Origin: Chlorokybus atmophyticus
Lineage: Eukaryota; Plantae; Mesostigma and Chlorokybus algae
Length of the DNA: 64,000 bases
Reading direction: 5' to 3'
Assembly: GCA_009103225.1 (NCBI GenBank)
Contig: RHPI01003642.1
Location: forward strand, 24,853-88,852
The notes beneath the pieces are model-generated. The model was not told where the DNA came from. It ran no database searches and saw only the letters and a program-made list of their open reading frames with translations. Made by a program: the position numbers and the translations under genes. Positions within the stretch are counted from its first letter, which is position 1. Each line of letters starts with the position of its first letter. Below, piece after piece: positions 60,701 to 64,000 of this stretch.

Positions 60701-63700
60701 CGCATCCCAAGCATCTGCCGAAGTCCGATGCCTTCTTGCCGATGCAGCATGGTTGCTTGTCGCAACAGAGCAGTGCGTAGTTGTTGCTCTCCAACCAGTC
60801 CTGCTCCATCTCTTTGTGTACACCCTTGTGGTGTAAGGTAGCCCCTCCCTGGCTCCCTTTGGTCCTCAGGTAGATCCTCCACCAGCGCAGGCAGCAACGG
60901 GGCGATCACCCCCCTGGTTTGTTGAGCCAACGCCCTCGCTTGGTCAGAGTTGGTCTCGACGAAGAGCGGAGTGGTGCTGGAGGATGGACCAGCAGTTGGT
61001 GACTGAGGTATTGGTGCACGTGTAGCTTCAAGAGCTTGTTCACGTGCAGCAATGGCGGCAGCTTGATCCTGTCGCCAATGATATGCTTGTTCCAGTGCGT
61101 GGTAGCGCTGATGAAGACGAGCGGTTGTAGGAGGTCCGAGTGCTTCATCAGTGCCCAAAGGCAGGTCGGCTGCGTCGGCGATGCGCTGCTGGACGGCGTC
61201 TCGGCGGTCCCGATACGTGTCCAACGGGCTGGGTTCAAAGGTGGTGGTTGGCATGCGTGCAGGCTGGCGCGGGGCGGTCTGCATGTTGTTGTGCAACGCC
61301 CAGAACAGCTGCAGAGCCAACTCCAACACTACAGGTGGGCTGTAGCTGATCAAAAACACCCTGTCACGCATCGGAGGTGCAGTGCCAGCAAGGATCTCAT
61401 CTTCTAACTGGTGTTGAGTGAGTGCTGGAAGGGTGTGAACCTCTGGTAGCGGGAAGACGCGATCATCGCGGGCGACACGCGTGGTGCGCTCCCCCCCCCG
61501 ACCGAAGGCGATGGTAGTGGGGTCTGCTCCGCGCAGGATGGTTTCCCATGCTCGCTCAGCTTGCTGACCAGTTGGGACAGCCTGAGTGACGTCGAGAGCG
61601 GGCAGAGTGGCTGCGCGCGTCGCTGCAGAGACAGCGGGCTCGACGATGGCCATTGTGGCAGTTGCGACGGTATCGGTCGGTGGTGCGAGAGTTGTCTCAA
61701 CGCCTACGGACAGAGGCACTGCTGCAGTGGGAAGTGCACCGCCCACTGGTGCAGATTCGGTAGAGATGGCGGCTGCTGCCAGTGTGCTCACCAGCGTCGG
61801 CGTCACGGTGCCCACCGGTGTACCAGGTTGTGGTGCAACTAAAGTGGGTAATGCTGACGTTGATGGAGTCGACGTTGTAGCCGGTGTGGCTGTTGCTGCG
61901 GAGGCAGCACCACTGGTGGCTTCGGAGGAGGTGCCTGCTGATGTTGTTGCAGCTTCCCCTCGTGCTCGTCGTGATGGTTGCACGCGGGACGGAGTGTTCC
62001 TGTCTCTCTCGCGTTTTGCAGCCATCAGCGCCCATCGGGCAGTGTAGCAGGCGCGGTAGTCCTGCTCCTTGTCTTCCTCCAAGCGTGCCATACGCGCCAT
62101 GAGGGCTGCCATATGGTCATCAGCTGGTGGGTTGGCTGAAGCCTTGGCGGCAACAGCAGCAGCGCGCGGACGTGTCTCTGGTCCCTTACGCTGAGGAGGT
62201 CTGTTCTTCCCCCTGTAGCCTTGCTCTTCCTTGCGAACACTGGCGTTGTTGTTGTTGTTACTGCCACCAGCGTTGTTGCTGTTGTGGGCTCCAGTGTTGT
62301 TGCTATTGTAGCCACTGAAGTGGTTGCCAGTGTGGCCCCCAGTGTTGTTGCTGTTGTAGCCACTGAAGTTGTTGCCAGTGTGGCCTCCAGTGTTGTTGCT
62401 GTTGTAGCCACCGGAGTAGTTGTGGTTGTAGCTGTTGGCGGGCCTCAACTCTGGGAACTTGAGCCAGCAGACTGACTCCAAATGACCAGTCTTGTGACAG
62501 TGGTCGCAAACCAAAGTTGAGTATTCTTCGGTGCACTCCTTTTGGTAGTGCCCATGCCGTCCACAGCGATGACACAGCACAGGGGCAGCAAGTGCAGCAT
62601 GAGCTGACCGTTTCCCTTTGTCGCGTGCTGGTGGAGCGTCCCGGCCACGGTCGCGGCGAGGAGGCTCAGTTGTCGTGCTGACTACAGGCCGTACGGCGCT
62701 GCGGTTGGTGTCCAGCACTGCCTTCTCATACACCAAGCGCTTGTGGATGGCTTGTGCAGACTTGAAGGCTTCTTTGAGGGTGTAGCCAAGGGGCCTGCTG
62801 TGATTCAGAGTCAGACGTGTCGACTCGCTCAGAGCAGCATCCAACTCATTGACGTATATCACTGCAGCAGCCTCCTCACTGACAATCTTGTAGTCAGTGT
62901 CCTTCAGCAGACCTTCCAGTGTGGAGTACAAGCGGAGGGGATCCTCAGCGGGCTTGCGTCGGAAGCGTCTCAGCTCCTCAACCTTGCTGGTGGTCTGAGG
63001 AGGGAAGGTACGGCGCAAGGCAGCGTACAGTTTTTTGAGTGGAGAATCAAAGATGGCAGCACCTACGGTGATGGCTGGTGCGCGCAGTGCCACTGACCCG
63101 AGGGTGAAAGCGCTGCCTCCTGCACGAGAGCCAGGTGTTGCCGGAGGTAGAGGAGTACCCCACTCTGCGGCTGCCGCTTGCTGTACAGCTCTTTGTTCCT
63201 CAATGATGATGGCAGAACGGTCAAGGATGCGGACTCGACGTGTGGCCTCCTTGGACTCAACTTCTGCAGGGGTCAAGTTGACCAGTACTAACTCTGGTTC
63301 TTCCTCCTCTGCCTGCTTGAGAGCTGCAGCTATGGTCAAGCCTGTTACTGCAACTGAAGTGGCAGGTGGAATGACGCCTGCTGGACGATGCAGGGATGCA
63401 GATGCTATGGTGCTGGCAAGCTCGCCATAGCCGTCTACTCGATGCAGTTCAGCAACGGACTTCCAGACATCGTGTGCTTCATGATCAAGATACTGAGCAG
63501 CAATGTGGAAAGAGATCTCATCTGACCAGTCTTTGTTCTTCAGTGCTTGCTGCCGCATCTTGGAGTGGAACTTGATGATGAACTCATCCAGCGAGGTGGT
63601 GCCGGCACGTCCGGAGAAGCGCAGGGATGTGGTTGAACTGGAAGATTCCATCTCGTTGTCGTCGCTGTCCGATGATAGTGGAGAAGCTGGATGACGAGGA

Positions 63701-63858
63701 GTAGAGTGGAGCGGGGTGAAGCTGGAGATGGAGCGCGAGCCTCTGCTGCTGCGGTCGATGCTTCCGTCACTGGTCCGCTCGTAGGTGAGGTTGGTGGTTG
63801 GGCTCCAACTGCTGAGGTCACCCTCGTCTATTGGGGAGAACCGGGTGGGCCTGCTCAT
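54763..63858 (-). CDS. 3031-aa Gag-PR-DNMT-RT-RNaseH-IN-PHD polyprotein
   Basis: CHRCGRHGHYQKEC and CDHCHKTGHLESVC knuckles. Protease MLDTGAQ (about 59760). MTase ELFGGIG / GWECQG / ENV / RVR / LLGRA (59022-58060). RT RMCGDYR, LDMRQGY, MPFGL, YIDD (about 57270). RNase H LHTDWS...YEGECLA...TDHQPL. Integrase H..LGH...CQQC, GLD, TDQG, AER. PHD C4HC3 (54927-54793). Confidence 0.97.
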   Translation of the reverse strand: MSRPTRFSPIDEGDLSSWSPTTNLTYERTSDGSIDRSSRGSRSISSFTPLHSTPRHPASPLSSDSDDNEMESSSSTTSLRFSGRAGTTSLDEFIIKFHSKMRQQALKNKDWSDEISFHIAAQYLDHEAHDVWKSVAELHRVDGYGELASTIASASLHRPAGVIPPATSVAVTGLTIAAALKQAEEEEPELVLVNLTPAEVESKEATRRVRILDRSAIIIEEQRAVQQAAAAEWGTPLPPATPGSRAGGSAFTLGSVALRAPAITVGAAIFDSPLKKLYAALRRTFPPQTTSKVEELRRFRRKPAEDPLRLYSTLEGLLKDTDYKIVSEEAAAVIYVNELDAALSESTRLTLNHSRPLGYTLKEAFKSAQAIHKRLVYEKAVLDTNRSAVRPVVSTTTEPPRRDRGRDAPPARDKGKRSAHAALAAPVLCHRCGRHGHYQKECTEEYSTLVCDHCHKTGHLESVCWLKFPELRPANSYNHNYSGGYNSNNTGGHTGNNFSGYNSNNTGGHTGNHFSGYNSNNTGAHNSNNAGGSNNNNNASVRKEEQGYRGKNRPPQRKGPETRPRAAAVAAKASANPPADDHMAALMARMARLEEDKEQDYRACYTARWALMAAKRERDRNTPSRVQPSRRARGEAATTSAGTSSEATSGAASAATATPATTSTPSTSALPTLVAPQPGTPVGTVTPTLVSTLAAAAISTESAPVGGALPTAAVPLSVGVETTLAPPTDTVATATMAIVEPAVSAATRAATLPALDVTQAVPTGQQAERAWETILRGADPTTIAFGRGGERTTRVARDDRVFPLPEVHTLPALTQHQLEDEILAGTAPPMRDRVFLISYSPPVVLELALQLFWALHNNMQTAPRQPARMPTTTFEPSPLDTYRDRRDAVQQRIADAADLPLGTDEALGPPTTARLHQRYHALEQAYHWRQDQAAAIAAREQALEATRAPIPQSPTAGPSSSTTPLFVETNSDQARALAQQTRGVIAPLLPALVEDLPEDQREPGRGYLTPQGCTQRDGAGLVGEQQLRTALLRQATMLHRQEGIGLRQMLGMRDNGNAARARLVTWLVTNHPAVPLFTVGARIAWVDAFLRSIRQAYDEVASAATDTLEGALEAILSLPGVEAGRQRRRIAAAYEQHVQQPETRLTVRTRAITVLEVGVVNGRWDAYMAGILRVPTITHDMRARLLHAVYLQLMPQNHRYIDVNNNATATWEGTLVREAAHAVRWTYAEEQAAREAVPQTPGPPGFPPQPLATPPGMTTAAQRVNPPAPPLGQVAAAPPVPRPPRVYQQPRQGRFGQSRGQGGPQDPSGRGALAALRSGPADESKATVSPRKRFRRFKRLRINANAAMIANQGKHVTVNGRAPKRVMLDTGAQPVIIGRYLARDLGITSAELLPCPYQLDTATGNRDKVLGLTKQAVSIRLTGLNPSHSTEIVQRCVVTDAGSFDLLLGQDCNFPVGMGLDCWTEQAWFRPHWDEDDGEEQGFLPLELVAKDRSQRRSAAAATYSLTKSSRVPRARTQPRTTATSSSPSLNAEEDSPTPYDESQETVTKEVAFQEPSERRWSAQVAAHMLLTRPQLTAHFPVYKDQATVQEQYHIATGVVEFHMFRRQQGITVLELFGGIGSGLAAVLNTGTTVTKYLYCDPDPHAQEALSHHLRQLHQRYPQQLPLSALQGSQKALPQDIRWITKDHLQAVGNVDLLIAGWECQGHSRAGRGQGLSDPRSQLFWELMRVIKLLQISQIARPLGYIIENVHSEDDKRHHVAKAYRQVCSLLGHPLKINAARHGSRAHRVRAKWTNLAIVEDLFLAEYLYSNRPRNLVVDDILDPGRTAQPVTRLDHHHFYQCNQPGQPRRALPTLVSYPGSYAFRNGGDGMVLDSNTGQLEEPNARERERAMGFFPGSITGSTLTTSQQCQLLGRAMDQNSMVWYLEMCFALQDRHVSFQELEHLAGGWIARFSETKAAHTALETAHMEEQAAVTVEDIPVVANATSWSHAIGPLATGQTREQLEALLNKWRSQFSFSVKELGICSAYQMDIELVDTEPVFRRQYRLSKLEEDLVEQRCKALLDAGLIEESTSDFAAATVMPLKKDSAGNWTDRRMCGDYRPLNNKTKQDRYPMPTAEGIFDDVGDCTVFSILDMRQGYNQIAIKEEDKHKTSFWGNRQLYQWKVMPFGLKNAPAKFQRVMDKALKGLDFARCYIDDILIFSHSNEEHLQHIEEVLQRLKEVGMTVHPDKCTFFTHKVPYLGHMIVPHGVYVQQAKVEALVAIPAPTDLTRLRAFLGLANYYRRFVKDFAKIARPLNELLKKDTEFLWKEAQQEAFQELKLRLTTAPILQRPDYTRSFILHTDWSKLGMGAVLVQHDNNKKERVVSYASRSNNSAEANYSSYEGECLAAVWAISFFRPFLFGRQFQLVTDHQPLKWLMNNQHLTGKLARWALLLQEYDFEVEHRAGLANQDADGLSRNPHLSTNDATGARHELGPTAAPAGVATMFAVAALRSGRRTQIAEAAADGDMPALEPAITTTDPLSEEAIAADPEVDDEELAPTDTRQDIWLDEPSLALLQTGQLPAGMSAREKDRVRQRTQRYRWANDRLYRRIQDADQEVPTPAAREGIISSLHTELGHFGVKRTVSLVRTRYWWYGVHRQVREFVSNCQQCDMVRASLNTRNATLHPLPISGLFYRWGLDILGDLAPSARGNRYILVMIEHFSKWVELVPLPDKSSEGVAQAFLSHVLGRFGSCAEVITDQGTEFRGAFDKLIDRCFIDHRRTSRDHPQADGLAERTVQTIKKALRKYVLAYEKNTWDDHLPWVAMGYRLSKQAALREYSPYYLLFGRQPLLPFRAQQEVDRVVDNLDNPDEMLYDLTVRSALFEHTVPMAFNNLRIAQHRDTLRYERVRSGFYKERERRFESGDFVYRMASTRDTLDTSVGRAVYKVLKVHPTGVLDLLGQRGERMKDNMVNCAPCHLPYIAGFTKIQHPRPLRSTRCEKCGSADDDPLMMLCDGCNQGMHCYCLDPPLDAVPLWEYWCDDCRINGPPHSR
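62245..62437 (-). repeat. 48-nt coding tandem repeat (GYNSNNTGGHTGNxFS) plus poly-Asn in Gag; counterpart at about 51035-51200
   Basis: Repeated gtgttgttgctgttgtagcca...gttgccagtgtggcc units on the + strand. Unit number differs between the two copies. Confidence 0.9.
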
Positions 63859-64000
63859 ACAGCTGGTCCAGAGGTGAAAGGGTAGAGTGCTTGTGCTCTA
63901 CCGTCTATCTTGATGCTGTTACCACCCAACACACTAGTGCTTGTGCGCACTATGTGATGACAATGATAACGAATGCCCAGCGATGTATCCCTGGGTGCAG

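Larger units (their letters stand above)
53826..64000 (-). mobile_element. Ty3/gypsy LTR retrotransposon encoding C5 DNA methyltransferase and PHD finger, copy 2 (intact ORF; 5' LTR lies beyond the window end)
   Basis: Uninterrupted 3031-aa ORF, PPT and 3' LTR. The leader at 63859-64000 matches 52721-52862. Confidence 0.95.

Noticed and set aside
43746-63885. Many antisense and alternate-frame ORFs over the polyprotein
   Set aside because: These are shadow ORFs expected from GC-rich coding sequence. None has its own motif.
1-64000. tRNA, rRNA or CRISPR arrays
   Set aside because: No cloverleaf with both arms, no rRNA-like sequence and no repeat-spacer array were seen. The window is eukaryotic.

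Overview
Eukaryotic, intron-rich nuclear DNA from a green alga. It is probably a flagellate-stage streptophyte (charophyte) alga, inferred from plant-like HOL, SFC1 and SWEET proteins plus KAP3. Bases 1-33 kb are gene-dense: HOL-type halide/thiol methyltransferase, SWEET, YKT6, RPN12, DUF1348, a cytochrome P450, a hypothetical gene, an F-box protein, SFC1, KAP3 and a plastid-type SAM methyltransferase. Most sit in head-to-head pairs, and five introns have GC-AG ends. Bases 34-64 kb are a retrotransposon nest. It holds a TRIM-like mini element, a decayed Ty3/gypsy gag-protease carrying a probable dead adenine-methyltransferase-like domain, and two head-to-tail copies of a large minus-strand Ty3/gypsy element. 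The intact copy has one 3031-aa ORF: Gag (2 CCHC) - Asn/Gly repeats - unknown domain - protease - DNMT3-like C5 cytosine methyltransferase (WEC catalytic motif) - RT - RNase H - integrase - PHD finger. Its LTR shows a TATA box, a 15-nt 5'-end/PBS complementarity suggesting tRNA-independent self-priming, and 13-nt terminal direct repeats through which LTRs are fused in tandem. A 5.27-kb and a 98-bp duplication, each centred on a single n, are most likely assembly artefacts.
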